NCBI GenBank assembly: GCA_903939755.1
Contig: CAJAII010000002.1
Span: 490 to 64,489 of the forward strand
DNA: 64,000 nt
DNA from: an uncultured Flavobacteriales bacterium
GTDB taxonomy: Bacteria > Bacteroidota > Bacteroidia > Flavobacteriales_D > Crocinitomicaceae
Direction of reading: 5' to 3'
Below the pieces are notes generated by a model that worked only from the letters and a program-made list of their open reading frames with translations, made no database searches and had not been told where the DNA came from. Position numbers and translations under genes: made by a program. Shown here piece after piece: positions 37,518 to 48,294 of this stretch (the first letter of the stretch is position 1; the number at the start of each line of letters is the position of its first letter).

Positions 37518-38621
37518 ATGAAAAAAATAACCTTTCTTTTCGCATTAATTTCCTTTTCTTTTATTGCACAATCTCAGCAAAATAGAAAAATTCAATTAGT
37601 TATCCTTTTTGATGCCTCGAATAGTATGGATGGCTTGTTAGATCAGGCAAAATCAAAAATATGGGCCATTGTTAATGATGCCAGTGGTTTACGATACCAA
37701 GGAATTACGCCAGTTCTTGAAATTGCCATGTATGATTATGGAAATGCTGGCATCTCATCTGTTGATAATTATGTCCGAATGCAAACTAATTTCACGACAG
37801 ATTTAGATCTTATTTCCGCTAAGCTTTTTGGTATTAGGACTAATGGTGGCGAGGAATATTGCGGTGCGGCTATCCAGAAGTCCTTGCAACAATTGAATTG
37901 GTCGAATGATCCTAAGGACTTAAAACTTATCTATATCGCGGGTAATGAACCCTTCAATCAAGGTCCTATTAGCTACAAGGAAGTTTGCAATGAAATCCTT
38001 AAAAAAGACGTAATCGTAAATACTATTTATTGTGGCGATTATCAACAAGGTATCAGAGAATTTTGGAAAGATGGCGCAACATGTTCAAATGGAGAATATT
38101 TTAATATTAATTCGAATGATAAAATCACTTCCATCCCGACTCCATATGACGATGAAATTTTCCGCTTAAATCAATCATTGAATGGTACCTATATCAGTTA
38201 TGGTTTTTCTGGTAATCTCAAAAAGGAAAGTCAATTAAACGAAGATAAGAATGCCCTAAATCAAAACATAAGTGTCGCTTCTGAAAGGGCGATTGTGAAA
38301 TCTAAAGGAAATTACAACAATGCTTCTTGGGATATAGTCGATGCCTATCGTGCAGATTCTACCAGTATCTTAGATTTGGAAGAAGGGGCAATGCCTGCTG
38401 AATTAAAAGGTAAGTCTGATGATGAGATCAAAAAATATATTGCGGATAAAACAATTGAAAGAAACAACATTCAAGCAGAAATTGTAAAACTAGCATTACT
38501 TAGGGATGATTTTATTGCGAAAGAAAAATCTAAATTAATCGAATCTGGCAAAAAAGATGATTTCGGAACGGCAATGAGCAAAAGCATCAAGGAAAAAGGG
38601 AAAGAAAAAGGATTTGAATAA
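37518..38621 (+). CDS. Secreted von Willebrand factor A domain protein with C-terminal coiled-coil region
   Basis: Signal peptide. MIDAS motif in LVILFDASNSMDG. Confidence 0.75.
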   Translation: MKKITFLFALISFSFIAQSQQNRKIQLVILFDASNSMDGLLDQAKSKIWAIVNDASGLRYQGITPVLEIAMYDYGNAGISSVDNYVRMQTNFTTDLDLISAKLFGIRTNGGEEYCGAAIQKSLQQLNWSNDPKDLKLIYIAGNEPFNQGPISYKEVCNEILKKDVIVNTIYCGDYQQGIREFWKDGATCSNGEYFNINSNDKITSIPTPYDDEIFRLNQSLNGTYISYGFSGNLKKESQLNEDKNALNQNISVASERAIVKSKGNYNNASWDIVDAYRADSTSILDLEEGAMPAELKGKSDDEIKKYIADKTIERNNIQAEIVKLALLRDDFIAKEKSKLIESGKKDDFGTAMSKSIKEKGKEKGFE

Positions 38622-38667
38622 GTTATTATTCTTCGAACTATAATGAATAAGGAATGTTTTTTTTTGA

Positions 38668-38675
38668 TAACTTTG
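38668..38675 (+). promoter_or_regulatory. Bacteroidota -7 box TAnnTTTG (taactttg)
   Basis: Exact consensus match 17 nt upstream of the ATG at 38692. Confidence 0.35.
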
Positions 38676-38691
38676 TTTCAAAATCTGTCGA

Positions 38692-39963
38692 ATGCTTAAA
38701 GATGATAAAATAAATTACCAGAACATAGGATTAATGTTTGCCGCTATGATTTCGGCTTATTTTTTTCCATTTGAAACTTTTTTATTGGCCTACGCTTTTC
38801 TTGGCCCTTTACATTATTTAACGGAGATTAGTTGGCTACATGATCGTCAATATTTTACTAAGGGAAAATACGATTTCATTCCCCTCTTAATCATCGGTAT
38901 TGCTTTGTCTTATGCTGCATTCGCTAAGGACGCAGGTTTCGATATGGATTTTTACGAGACATTTGTTGAATTAGGCTTATTCGATAAACTGCTTGTGTTA
39001 GCACTTTTTAGTTCTCTTTTATTTGCATTTGTTAAAAACTTACCCGTAAAGTTATTCAGTATATTATTCCTATTTATCTTTATTTCTGGTTGGTTTTCAG
39101 CGGATAACAAAGAAGCAAATCAGAGTAGTACGTTTGTATTCGCATTAACTTCATTGGTGCCCACTCTTATTCATGTATATGTATTTACCGGATTATTTAT
39201 GCTATATGGTGCCTTGAAATCTAGAAGTAAAACTGGATTGTTATCTGTGCTTGCGGTTGTTGTAATTCCAATTGTATTGGTATTTTTCCTTCCAGTTAAT
39301 TCGGGAAAAAATCATATTTCCAAATATGGAATAGATTCCTACTATGCTGGCGGGGAGGGTTTCTTTTTTACCAATGTTGGAATTATGGATCATTTTAAAT
39401 TGATCAAAGACCCGTACCTAACCAATAAGCAATACTTGGATTCTATTGTAAATAAGAAATCAGCCAATAATCAATTCCCCGCTGCAGAAAAGCTTAGAAT
39501 AACAGACTCTCTGAAGAATAAGTTAAACGAGAATTTTATTGTGCCAAATCCAGATAATGAATACTATATGAAACCAATTCCTATGAAGATGGCCATTCCG
39601 ATTAACACGAAAGATTATTATTGGGCAAGCGTATTTTTCTCTACATATGGTATTATGCTTATGCGATTTTTCGCTTTTGCTTACTTGTATCACTACTTAA
39701 ATTGGTTTAGTAAAACCGAGGTGATTCGTTGGCATAAGGTTCCTAAAATGCGGTTGATTGTAATTCTAATTCTATGGCTTTTTGCTTCTATTTTATACGC
39801 ATATAATTATGCCTTAGGTTTAAGCTTTTTATTCTTCCTTAGTTTTTCTCATGTTCTTTTAGAATTTCCTTTGAACATGGTTTCTATCGTTGGGATAGGA
39901 AAAGAAACAATGTCTATAGCTAAAAATGGTTTTAAGAAATCGCCTGAAGTCACGAAAAAATGA
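38692..39963 (+). CDS. Polytopic inner-membrane protein of unknown function
   Basis: About ten hydrophobic segments in 423 aa. The stop overlaps the next start (ATGA). Confidence 0.65.
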   Translation: MLKDDKINYQNIGLMFAAMISAYFFPFETFLLAYAFLGPLHYLTEISWLHDRQYFTKGKYDFIPLLIIGIALSYAAFAKDAGFDMDFYETFVELGLFDKLLVLALFSSLLFAFVKNLPVKLFSILFLFIFISGWFSADNKEANQSSTFVFALTSLVPTLIHVYVFTGLFMLYGALKSRSKTGLLSVLAVVVIPIVLVFFLPVNSGKNHISKYGIDSYYAGGEGFFFTNVGIMDHFKLIKDPYLTNKQYLDSIVNKKSANNQFPAAEKLRITDSLKNKLNENFIVPNPDNEYYMKPIPMKMAIPINTKDYYWASVFFSTYGIMLMRFFAFAYLYHYLNWFSKTEVIRWHKVPKMRLIVILILWLFASILYAYNYALGLSFLFFLSFSHVLLEFPLNMVSIVGIGKETMSIAKNGFKKSPEVTKK

Positions 39964-41075
39964 AAATTCTAGTATTCTTTTTTACACTTGCCCTTATTTT
40001 TTCGGTACAAAGTCAAACGTCATTGGTTTCTAAATTAGACGATGGCCGCTACATGCTTACAAATAGCGGCGCTTCTTATTTTGCTAAATTGTCGTTGGAT
40101 TGTTCTGAAAAAGCTGGTCCACATTATTTTTATAGAGCGCTACGTGCTGTAGGTGATAAAAAAGGTCCAATGGATCTTTGGCCTTCATTTTACGGTTGTT
40201 ATGATTGGCATTCTGCAGTTCACAATCATTGGGCTATGATTAAGATCTTGAAAAATTACCCCTCCATTCCTGAAGCAAGTGAATTAAATGCTCGATTGGA
40301 ATTGAGTTTTAATGCTGAAAATATTCTGAAAGAATTAGAATACCTTCAGACACATGAAGATGGATTTTTTGAATTCCCTTATGGTCAATCATGGTTATTA
40401 AAAGTTTGCGATGAATTAATTCGTTGGGATAACCCTACTGCAAAAAGATGGCTAAAAAATTTACAGCCCCTCGCTGATTATATTGTCATGGTTCATTCAA
40501 ACGTATGGCCTTCTGTAAATGCCGTTAATATGTCGGGTAGTCATGATAGTCCTGCAATGGGTCTTTCTTTTGCCTATGATTATGCAGTAAGTTCAAATAA
40601 TTCGAACTTAAAAAAAATTATTTCTAAAGCTTCCATTAAATATTATGGCAAAATGACCCTTGCTCCTTTAAATTCAGAGCCCTTTGAGTATGATTTTATG
40701 TCAGCTGGTCTTTTAGTCACGGATTTAATGAGAAAGGTATTGCCTACAAAAAAATACCTTGTTTGGTTGAAAGCTTTTGCTCCTGAATTGTTCATTCCTG
40801 GAAAAGTAAGCATCCCTCTTAAAATAGTTTACATGGATAAACACGATGGTTATGAATCACACTGGGATGGATTTCATTTAAATCGAATTTGGTGCTTAAA
40901 TGGCATTCTTAAATCGCTTCCAGCTGATGCTTTAAGTAAGGAGGCGAAATCAGAATGGGTTAGCGCAATGAATGGAATGTGGGATTATGCTCAGGAAAGT
41001 ATCGGAAAAGGAAATTATGATATTGATCACTGGCTATCTACTTTTTCTGTATTTGCCTTAATAGGTTATGAATAA
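39960..41075 (+). CDS. DUF2891-like secreted protein
   Basis: Signal peptide. SFYGCYDWHSAVHNHW resembles the DUF2891 signature region. Confidence 0.6.
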   Translation: MKILVFFFTLALIFSVQSQTSLVSKLDDGRYMLTNSGASYFAKLSLDCSEKAGPHYFYRALRAVGDKKGPMDLWPSFYGCYDWHSAVHNHWAMIKILKNYPSIPEASELNARLELSFNAENILKELEYLQTHEDGFFEFPYGQSWLLKVCDELIRWDNPTAKRWLKNLQPLADYIVMVHSNVWPSVNAVNMSGSHDSPAMGLSFAYDYAVSSNNSNLKKIISKASIKYYGKMTLAPLNSEPFEYDFMSAGLLVTDLMRKVLPTKKYLVWLKAFAPELFIPGKVSIPLKIVYMDKHDGYESHWDGFHLNRIWCLNGILKSLPADALSKEAKSEWVSAMNGMWDYAQESIGKGNYDIDHWLSTFSVFALIGYE

Positions 41076-41497
41076 TCATTCGTTGTTAAGATCTTTTGTT
41101 CAAGAGATTCAATAAATTGATCGATATTTTCTGGTGAAATAAACAATTCATTCCCATCATGGTAATATATGATAAGCCCATCATGTGCTAAACTTAATTT
41201 CCAACCGATATACAATCCTTTATTTTTTTCAATTTTTTTAATAGCTTGGTAGGTAATTTTTTTTACTATCCACCCACTTGAACATTTTATGTAATCGTGG
41301 TGAAGAAGGTAGCTTGTGGTGTAGTATAAGGATATCAAATAGGCTAATGTCAAGGTCAAAATACTTGAAATAATTAATGTTGCAAAAATACCTTCTTGAT
41401 AAAATGTATTAGAAGAAATTAGTATATCGATACATGCTATCAGGAGTAGGCTGGCTTTATACACCCAATCTACTTTTGATGAATACTTTGTCACCAA
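41066..41497 (-). CDS. Membrane protein with bacterial PH-like C-terminal domain, unknown function
   Basis: Two N-terminal TM segments followed by a short beta-rich domain. It overlaps the glyA stop. Non-ATG start. Confidence 0.5.
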   Translation of the reverse strand: MVTKYSSKVDWVYKASLLLIACIDILISSNTFYQEGIFATLIISSILTLTLAYLISLYYTTSYLLHHDYIKCSSGWIVKKITYQAIKKIEKNKGLYIGWKLSLAHDGLIIYYHDGNELFISPENIDQFIESLEQKILTTNDYS

Positions 41498-42762
41498 GCA
41501 AATAAAGGTAGGTCTTTCATTAATAGATTAACTGCACCTTTAATATTAGCCAATTTTACTTCATCGGAATGGTAGATAAGTGCCTCATCAATTAATTGAA
41601 CGATATTTTCAATTTCATTTTCTTTGACACCACGTGATGTAATCGCAGCAGTCCCAATTCGAATTCCAGATGTAATAAATGGCGATTCAGTATCAAAAGG
41701 CACCATATTTTTATTAATGGTAATATCTGCTTTCACCAAACAATTCTCGGCATCTTTACCGTTAATATTTTTGTTTCGTAAATCAATCAACATACTGTGA
41801 TTATCTGTTCCTCCTGAGATAATGGTGTATCCCCTTTGAATAAAGGAATTCGCCATAACACGTGCATTGAGTTGAACTTGCTTCATGTACGTGGTAAATT
41901 CAGGTGCCAACGCTTCGCCAAAAGCAACTGCTTTTGCAGCAATCACGTGTTCTAATGGCCCACCTTGAATTCCTGGAAAAACAGCAGCGTCTAATAAAGC
42001 TGCCATTGATTTAGGATTTCCATTATTCCATTTTAATCCAAATGGATTATCAAAATTTTTGCGCATCATAATGATTCCACCTCTTGGTCCACGTAAGGTC
42101 TTATGTGTGGTGGTGGTTATTATATGACAATGTTCCAATGGGTCATTTAATAATTTCGTTGCAATTAATCCAGCAGGATGAGAAATATCAGCCAAAATTA
42201 ATGCGCCTATTTGATCGGCAACTTTACGAATTTTGGCATAATCCCAATCTCTTGAATAAGCGGATGCACCACAAATTATCATTTTTGGTTTAACTCGCAA
42301 AGCAACTTCTTCCAGGGCTTCATAATCAATTAGGCCTGTTTCTTTTGATACCCCATAAAAATGAGCTTGATAAAGTTTTCCTGAAAAATTGACAGGGGAT
42401 CCGTGTGTCAAATGTCCTCCATGGGACAAATCAAATCCTAAAATTTTATCTCCAGGATTTAGGCAAGCAAGAAAAACAGCTGCATTCGCTTGAGCTCCGG
42501 AGTGCGGTTGAACATTTGCCCATGTAGCTCCAAATAATTCACAAAGACGATCTATCGCAAGTTGCTCCACTTTATCAACTACTTCACATCCTCCGTAATA
42601 GCGCTTTCCAGGTAGACCTTCCGCATATTTATTGGTAAGGACACTTCCCATCGCATTCATTACATCATTGCTCACAAAGTTTTCGGAGGCAATAAGTTCG
42701 ATGCCATGAAGTTGGCGATTTTTCTCTTCGTTTATTAAATCGTGTATTAGCGTATCTCTCAT
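41491..42762 (-). CDS. glyA: Serine hydroxymethyltransferase
   Basis: [10 protein letters not shown], and [14 protein letters not shown] carrying the PLP lysine. Confidence 0.94.
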   Translation of the reverse strand: MRDTLIHDLINEEKNRQLHGIELIASENFVSNDVMNAMGSVLTNKYAEGLPGKRYYGGCEVVDKVEQLAIDRLCELFGATWANVQPHSGAQANAAVFLACLNPGDKILGFDLSHGGHLTHGSPVNFSGKLYQAHFYGVSKETGLIDYEALEEVALRVKPKMIICGASAYSRDWDYAKIRKVADQIGALILADISHPAGLIATKLLNDPLEHCHIITTTTHKTLRGPRGGIIMMRKNFDNPFGLKWNNGNPKSMAALLDAAVFPGIQGGPLEHVIAAKAVAFGEALAPEFTTYMKQVQLNARVMANSFIQRGYTIISGGTDNHSMLIDLRNKNINGKDAENCLVKADITINKNMVPFDTESPFITSGIRIGTAAITSRGVKENEIENIVQLIDEALIYHSDEVKLANIKGAVNLLMKDLPLFAW

Positions 42763-43703
42763 ATTATTTTTTCTTCTATGGCTGAATAATTAATGGAATA
42801 GATTTGTTTCAGTCCTTCCAATAAATCTATTTGTGGTTTGGAACCTGTAATTGTTTTTAATCTTCCAGAATTACCTACTCTACGTTCTACTTCGTAATCG
42901 TATCTCTTTTTTGGGGCATCGTTGTAGGTGATTACAGATTTAGAATGGGTTACTTTCTTAATATTCTCTGCCAAATCTGTAATCGTCCATTCTTTTTCGT
43001 TGGCAATATTAATGATAAAAGAACCTGGAATACCAAGTAAATTAATACATGCATCAATAGTGTCATCTATATAAGTGAAGTCTCTTGTTTGTTCTCCATT
43101 TCCATATACTGTGATTTCTTCGTTAGCCATTGCTTGTTCGAAAAATCGGGGAACAACCATTCTATTATCTTGGTTATAGCCATAAACATTGAAAAATCGA
43201 AGTGAAATAACATTTAAACCTCGCTCTTCATAATGCGATGCCAGGTATATTTCATTGTACCTTTTGGCCATTGCATACGATGTGCGAGGATCAACTAAAA
43301 CATCTTCTGATAGGGTTGTTTTTAATATGGCGCTGTGACTATATATTCCACTTGTGGAGGCATAAAGCAAGAACTTCACATTGTTAATTTCTGCTGCTGT
43401 TACAACGTTGCGTGTACCAATTACTTCAACATCCATTGTCTCTACTGGTTGGTCAGCAACAATGTCAACCCCAAGCACTGCAGCGAAATGATAAATGGCA
43501 TCGCATCCTTTAGATGCGTTTAATACAAGTTCAGCATCCCGAACATCTCCTTTAATAAATGTGATTTTCTGAAATGATGCTTTGTCAATTTTGTTGCCGC
43601 GGAGAAGATTATCTACAACTACTACTTCATGATTGTGCTCTAGTAATCTTTTTACTAAGTTACTACCAATGAACCCTGCACCTCCTGTTACCAATATTTT
43701 CAT
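42759..43703 (-). CDS. NAD-dependent epimerase/dehydratase family protein (extended SDR)
   Basis: [15 protein letters not shown] and YAMAKRYNE (YxxxK). ATGA overlap with glyA. The ATG at 43703 is preferred over the GTG at 43709. Confidence 0.82.
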   Translation of the reverse strand: MKILVTGGAGFIGSNLVKRLLEHNHEVVVVDNLLRGNKIDKASFQKITFIKGDVRDAELVLNASKGCDAIYHFAAVLGVDIVADQPVETMDVEVIGTRNVVTAAEINNVKFLLYASTSGIYSHSAILKTTLSEDVLVDPRTSYAMAKRYNEIYLASHYEERGLNVISLRFFNVYGYNQDNRMVVPRFFEQAMANEEITVYGNGEQTRDFTYIDDTIDACINLLGIPGSFIINIANEKEWTITDLAENIKKVTHSKSVITYNDAPKKRYDYEVERRVGNSGRLKTITGSKPQIDLLEGLKQIYSINYSAIEEKII

Positions 43704-43768
43704 GAGCACTATTTATACCTGCAAATATCTAAATAATAATTGATACGATAAAGCAATGAATGAAAGGT

Positions 43769-44530
43769 TTACACTAATCTTTTAAGCATAGTAAAAAAAT
43801 GCGTGTATTTATTTAAATCAGCATTAAAAATGCCTTTTTCATCAAAGGTGTCCATGCGTACTATACCCGATGCATGAAGAATTTTACTTTGACCTACCAC
43901 CAAACCAACGTGAATGATTTTATCATGTTGATTTTTGAAAAATACGAGGTCATTCATTTGGTGGTCGGTGAATGCTATATTTTGCCCTAATTCGAATTGC
44001 TGATAGGCATCACGAGGTAGGTTAATCCCTTTCAATCGAAATAATACTTGTGTGAACCCTGAACAATCAATTCCGAATATAGATTTTCCACCCCATAAGT
44101 AAGGCGTATTTAAGAATTGATCTTCAATTTTGTATTTTGACACCTCATTTAAAGGAGAATTAATTTCGAATGAATAGTTCCCGATAGTAAAAACAGAATC
44201 TTTACCGATGAAACTACCACAACTTATAAGCTGATTCCCCCATGGCGTTTCGATGGTATTTATAGCGATTTTCTGGTATTCGAAATTGGATGACCAGGTA
44301 TTCAATTCATTTTCAGTAATGGCAAGTAGATGTTTGAAGTCAACAAATCCCTTATAATGATCTAATTTCGTTTCAATCTCTACCCAAGAACCTATAATTT
44401 GAATGACATTAACTGGTTCACCAAAAAGTAATTGACTCACCATTTCTGAGCTATCCTTAGCTTCTTTTCTGATCGGACTAATACTAACCAAACAAAATGC
44501 ATGACGTTGACCGGGAGATAGAAATTCCAT
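43769..44530 (-). CDS. C40 (NlpC/P60) family peptidase with N-terminal SH3-like domain
   Basis: WGGKSIFGIDCSGFTQVLF (catalytic Cys), and HVGLVV (His). ATG at 44530. Confidence 0.8.
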   Translation of the reverse strand: MEFLSPGQRHAFCLVSISPIRKEAKDSSEMVSQLLFGEPVNVIQIIGSWVEIETKLDHYKGFVDFKHLLAITENELNTWSSNFEYQKIAINTIETPWGNQLISCGSFIGKDSVFTIGNYSFEINSPLNEVSKYKIEDQFLNTPYLWGGKSIFGIDCSGFTQVLFRLKGINLPRDAYQQFELGQNIAFTDHQMNDLVFFKNQHDKIIHVGLVVGQSKILHASGIVRMDTFDEKGIFNADLNKYTHFFTMLKRLV

Positions 44531-44577
44531 TTTTAAGTTGTAGTAATCAAATGTAAACAAAGTCTTTTAATATTGAT

Positions 44578-44585
44578 TAATTTTG
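44578..44585 (+). promoter_or_regulatory. Bacteroidota -7 box TAnnTTTG (taattttg) upstream of surE
   Basis: Exact consensus match 19 nt upstream of the ATG at 44604. Confidence 0.4.
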
Positions 44586-44603
44586 TAGTGTAGCAATTTT
44601 TAT

Positions 44604-45368
44604 ATGACTGAAAAATTAATATTAATTACCAACGATGATAGCGTTCATGCGAAAGGTATTCGCGCATTAATTGAAACGGCAAAATTGCTTGGTAGAGTTG
44701 TGGTGGTTGCACCTGATAAGCCCCAATCTGGAATGGGTCATGCTATTACGATAAATCATCCTTTACGAATAAATAAGATTGATTTATTTCCTGATGTAGA
44801 AGCTTATTCATGTTCCGGTACCCCAGTCGATTGTGTGAAATTAGCAATTTATGAAGTCTTGAAACGAAAGCCTGATTTATTATTATCTGGGATTAATCAC
44901 GGAGAAAATACATCGACCAATGTATTGTATTCTGGCACCATGTCTGCCGCAATAGAAGGAGCAATGGAAGGAATTCCATCGATTGGTTTTTCGTTGGCTG
45001 ATTATTCTAGTGATGCCGATTTTTCCCATTGTTTACCTTTCATAACAAAAATCATTAATCAAACACTGAACAAAGGTTTAGCATTAAATACCTGTTTGAA
45101 TGTTAATTTTCCAAATTTATCCCTTGATAAAATAAAAGGCGTTAGAATTTGTAATCAAGCACACGCTTTTTGGGCCGATCGTTTCGATAAAAGATTGGAT
45201 CAATTTGGCAATCCTTACTTTTGGTTAACAGGCGACTTCGATGAAGTAATTCCAAAAGAAAATACGGATTTAGATGCCATGAAAAATGGCTACATTAGTG
45301 TTGTTCCAACACATTTTGACTTAACAAATTATCAATCAATTTCAATTTTAGAGGACTGGAAATTATGA
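44604..45368 (+). CDS. surE: 5'/3'-nucleotidase SurE
   Basis: ILITNDDSVHAKGI, SGINHGENTSTNVLYSGTMSAA. Confidence 0.92.
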   Translation: MTEKLILITNDDSVHAKGIRALIETAKLLGRVVVVAPDKPQSGMGHAITINHPLRINKIDLFPDVEAYSCSGTPVDCVKLAIYEVLKRKPDLLLSGINHGENTSTNVLYSGTMSAAIEGAMEGIPSIGFSLADYSSDADFSHCLPFITKIINQTLNKGLALNTCLNVNFPNLSLDKIKGVRICNQAHAFWADRFDKRLDQFGNPYFWLTGDFDEVIPKENTDLDAMKNGYISVVPTHFDLTNYQSISILEDWKL

Positions 45369-45667
45369 AAATAAAAATTAAGAAATCACATATTATAGGT
45401 TGGGGGATTGGTTTATCCTCTCCTTTTGTGTTTTTGCCGATCGTATTATTAATCTTGTCCTTTATTAAACATGTTTCTTATAGTTATATATGGGATCAGT
45501 TCACCGCTTTCCCTGAATTTACGAGTAAATATTTTTCGTTAGCTTTAATTTCAAACTTATTATGGTTTTATGTTTTCTTAAATAAGGAAAATTATGAAAT
45601 AGCTAGAGGAATAATTTTCGCCATGATTTGTTTTATTCCATACATGCTTTATGTTAATTTCTTTTAA
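45365..45667 (+). CDS. Small membrane protein (3 TM) between surE and lpxB
   Basis: Overlaps the surE stop (ATGA), and its stop overlaps the lpxB ATG. Hydrophobic profile. Confidence 0.55.
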   Translation: MKIKIKKSHIIGWGIGLSSPFVFLPIVLLILSFIKHVSYSYIWDQFTAFPEFTSKYFSLALISNLLWFYVFLNKENYEIARGIIFAMICFIPYMLYVNFF

Positions 45668-46788
45668 TGCCTAAGACAAAAATATTTATTATTGCGGGTG
45701 AAGTCTCTGGTGATTTACATGGATCAAATCTACTTAAAGAATTAAATAAGTTAATGCCAGGTACTGTCTTCTCTGGTTGGGGGGGAGATAGAATGGAGAA
45801 GGAAGGTATGACCATTCAAAAACACATCAAAGAACTTTCTTTCATGGGTTTTTTAGAAGTGCTATTAAATTTATCGACTATTCTTCGAAATATGAAGGAT
45901 TGTAAATTACAAATACTCGATTTTAAACCAGATGCTATTATACTTATTGATTTCCCTGGATTTAATTTGCGGATAGCAAAGTGGGCTAAAGAACAAAATA
46001 TCCCGGTCATATTTTATGTTTCACCACAAATTTGGGCTTGGAAGCAATCTAGAATTAAATTAATTAGACGTGATATTTCTAAAATGTATTGCATTTTGCC
46101 GTTTGAAAAAGACTTCTATGCGAATCTAGATTTTCAGGTGACTTATTTAGGGCATCCTCTCTTAGATGAGATCGCTTATTTTAAAAGTAATCCCGACAAT
46201 ATAAAATCGTTTTCTGAGAAGCCAATTTTAGCATTACTTCCAGGAAGTAGAACACAAGAAGTAAAAAGAAAATTACCATTAATGATTGAGGCTTCAAAAG
46301 CTTTTCCAAGTTATCAGGTCATTGTTGCTTGTTCCGCTAATCTTGAGGAATCTTTTTACCGACAATGGGCGGATGAATCCGTCAAATTGGTAGTTGGTGA
46401 AACGTATGGGATCTTAAATCAAGCGAACATTGCATTAGTAACTTCCGGTACGGCTACTTTAGAAACTGCCATATTTCAAGTTCCTCAAGTTGTATGCTAT
46501 AAAAGCTCAGGAATTTCTTATCGTATTGCTAAATTATTAGTAAAAATAAAATACATTTCTTTAGTCAATTTAATCATGAATAAGGAGGTAGTTACAGAGC
46601 TAATACAAGGTGATTGTTCTGTTGAAAACATGAGAAGTGAATTACATCTTTTAGAAGTTAATCAGCCCAAACGAATGGAAATGATCAAAGATTACCAAGA
46701 GCTAACTTCTTTGTTGGGTGAGAAAGGTGCTAGCAATCGAATAGCTGTAGATATTATTGAAACTTTTTTCACTAAAAAGGGTAATTAA
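45667..46788 (+). CDS. lpxB: Lipid-A-disaccharide synthase
   Basis: IFIIAGEVSGDLHGSNL, VSPQIWAWKQSRI, SGTATLE. Confidence 0.92.
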   Translation: MPKTKIFIIAGEVSGDLHGSNLLKELNKLMPGTVFSGWGGDRMEKEGMTIQKHIKELSFMGFLEVLLNLSTILRNMKDCKLQILDFKPDAIILIDFPGFNLRIAKWAKEQNIPVIFYVSPQIWAWKQSRIKLIRRDISKMYCILPFEKDFYANLDFQVTYLGHPLLDEIAYFKSNPDNIKSFSEKPILALLPGSRTQEVKRKLPLMIEASKAFPSYQVIVACSANLEESFYRQWADESVKLVVGETYGILNQANIALVTSGTATLETAIFQVPQVVCYKSSGISYRIAKLLVKIKYISLVNLIMNKEVVTELIQGDCSVENMRSELHLLEVNQPKRMEMIKDYQELTSLLGEKGASNRIAVDIIETFFTKKGN

Positions 46789-46800
46789 TAGCTTAATTGA

Positions 46801-47955
46801 ATGTGTAATATCTTGAGAAATCTGTTTTTATTTTTTGTACTGTTCTTTTTGCAAAATAGTTTTGCTCAAACAATGCAAATTGGTGTATTGACTGATTTTA
46901 AATTGAAGAAGATAAAAATCAACAAAGCAACAGGTAATTATCACGTTATGGCAGATTCAATTTACTTGGGTTTGGCAACTTCGAACGATGTCATTGAGAT
47001 TATTTACGTTTCATCGGGTAACATGATGGTTAATTTTAAGGGGAATAAATACTCCGCTATCAGAAAAATTTCACTTAACCCAATATTTGAAGAACAGTCT
47101 ATTCAGTTCACAGGGATTAACCCAGTTTTTAGTGCACGTCAGTATGAAGGGGATTTTGTAATCACCGCATTGAAGTCAGCTCTTCGAATGGTGAATGAGA
47201 TTGATTTAGAGACTTATCTCGAGGGTGTTATTGAATCTGAAGCTGGTTCCGCACAAAAATTTGAATATTATAAAGTTCAAGCGATCATCAGTAGGACCTA
47301 TGCAAAAAAAAATGAGCTAAAACATAGCACTGATGGCTATCAATTATGTGATAGAGTACATTGTCAGGTTTATCATCATAAACGATTAAATAATACTCAA
47401 ATTGATTCGGCTGTTAGCGCTACAAAACACCAAATACTTTGTCTAAAGAATGGTGACTTTGCACCCACTTTTTTTTCGGCAAATTGTGGTGGCCAAACAT
47501 GTAATCCTTCGCAAGTATGGAATGAAAACATCGAAGGTTTGCATTCATTTCAAGATACTTTTTGCATATATACCAAACAGGCCACTTGGAATAAGTCAAT
47601 CCCTATTCTCGATTGGATTAGCTTCTTAGTGAATGATTATAATTTCCCTATTGATGACAGTATTAGTATGCAATTACTTTATGATTTTAAACAAGAGGAA
47701 CGTCAAGCATTTTACTTGCATCCAGCGTATGGAATTCCATTAAGGGATTTACGGGAAGAATTTAAATTAAAATCTACCTATTTCAACGCTAAAAAAGAAG
47801 GGGAGTACATGGTGCTTAATGGTTATGGTTTTGGCCATGGTGTCGGATTATGTCAAGAAGGGGCAATGAAAATGGCTCGAAATAGTTATTCATTTGATCA
47901 AATCATTGGATTTTATTTCCCTGATTATACAATTTCTAACATTATTTGTAAGTAA
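46801..47955 (+). CDS. SpoIID/LytB domain protein
   Basis: YYKVQAIISRTYA, FSANCGGQT, GHGVGLCQEGA. Confidence 0.82.
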   Translation: MCNILRNLFLFFVLFFLQNSFAQTMQIGVLTDFKLKKIKINKATGNYHVMADSIYLGLATSNDVIEIIYVSSGNMMVNFKGNKYSAIRKISLNPIFEEQSIQFTGINPVFSARQYEGDFVITALKSALRMVNEIDLETYLEGVIESEAGSAQKFEYYKVQAIISRTYAKKNELKHSTDGYQLCDRVHCQVYHHKRLNNTQIDSAVSATKHQILCLKNGDFAPTFFSANCGGQTCNPSQVWNENIEGLHSFQDTFCIYTKQATWNKSIPILDWISFLVNDYNFPIDDSISMQLLYDFKQEERQAFYLHPAYGIPLRDLREEFKLKSTYFNAKKEGEYMVLNGYGFGHGVGLCQEGAMKMARNSYSFDQIIGFYFPDYTISNIICK

Positions 47956-48226
47956 TTACAAAAATCTCTTCGTTTTCTTTCTTAAAGAATTTTTTCGATC
48001 GCGCATAAGTCTCAAGGTAATTTATATCATGGAGTTGCCTTAGCGTTCTCTGTGTTTCCGATAGTTGTTTTTTCATCACCTTGTTTTGAGTGCTTAACTC
48101 GCTTCGTTTATTTAGATTATGTACCAATGAAAAAACATCTGTATCATCTAAAAACAACATGTAAATAATAAATACAATTACAGTTAAAATATATTTATTC
48201 TTTAGGAAGGAAGGTAATTTGGCCAT
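47942..48226 (-). CDS. Septum formation initiator (FtsB/DivIC-like) family protein
   Basis: 94 aa with one N-terminal TM followed by a coiled coil. Confidence 0.65.
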   Translation of the reverse strand: MAKLPSFLKNKYILTVIVFIIYMLFLDDTDVFSLVHNLNKRSELSTQNKVMKKQLSETQRTLRQLHDINYLETYARSKKFFKKENEEIFVITYK

Positions 48227-48294
48227 ATTTCAAATATAGCACAGTTGGAGTACATTAAACTTTTGAATACAAAAAGTTATTAATGGAGCAGTGT

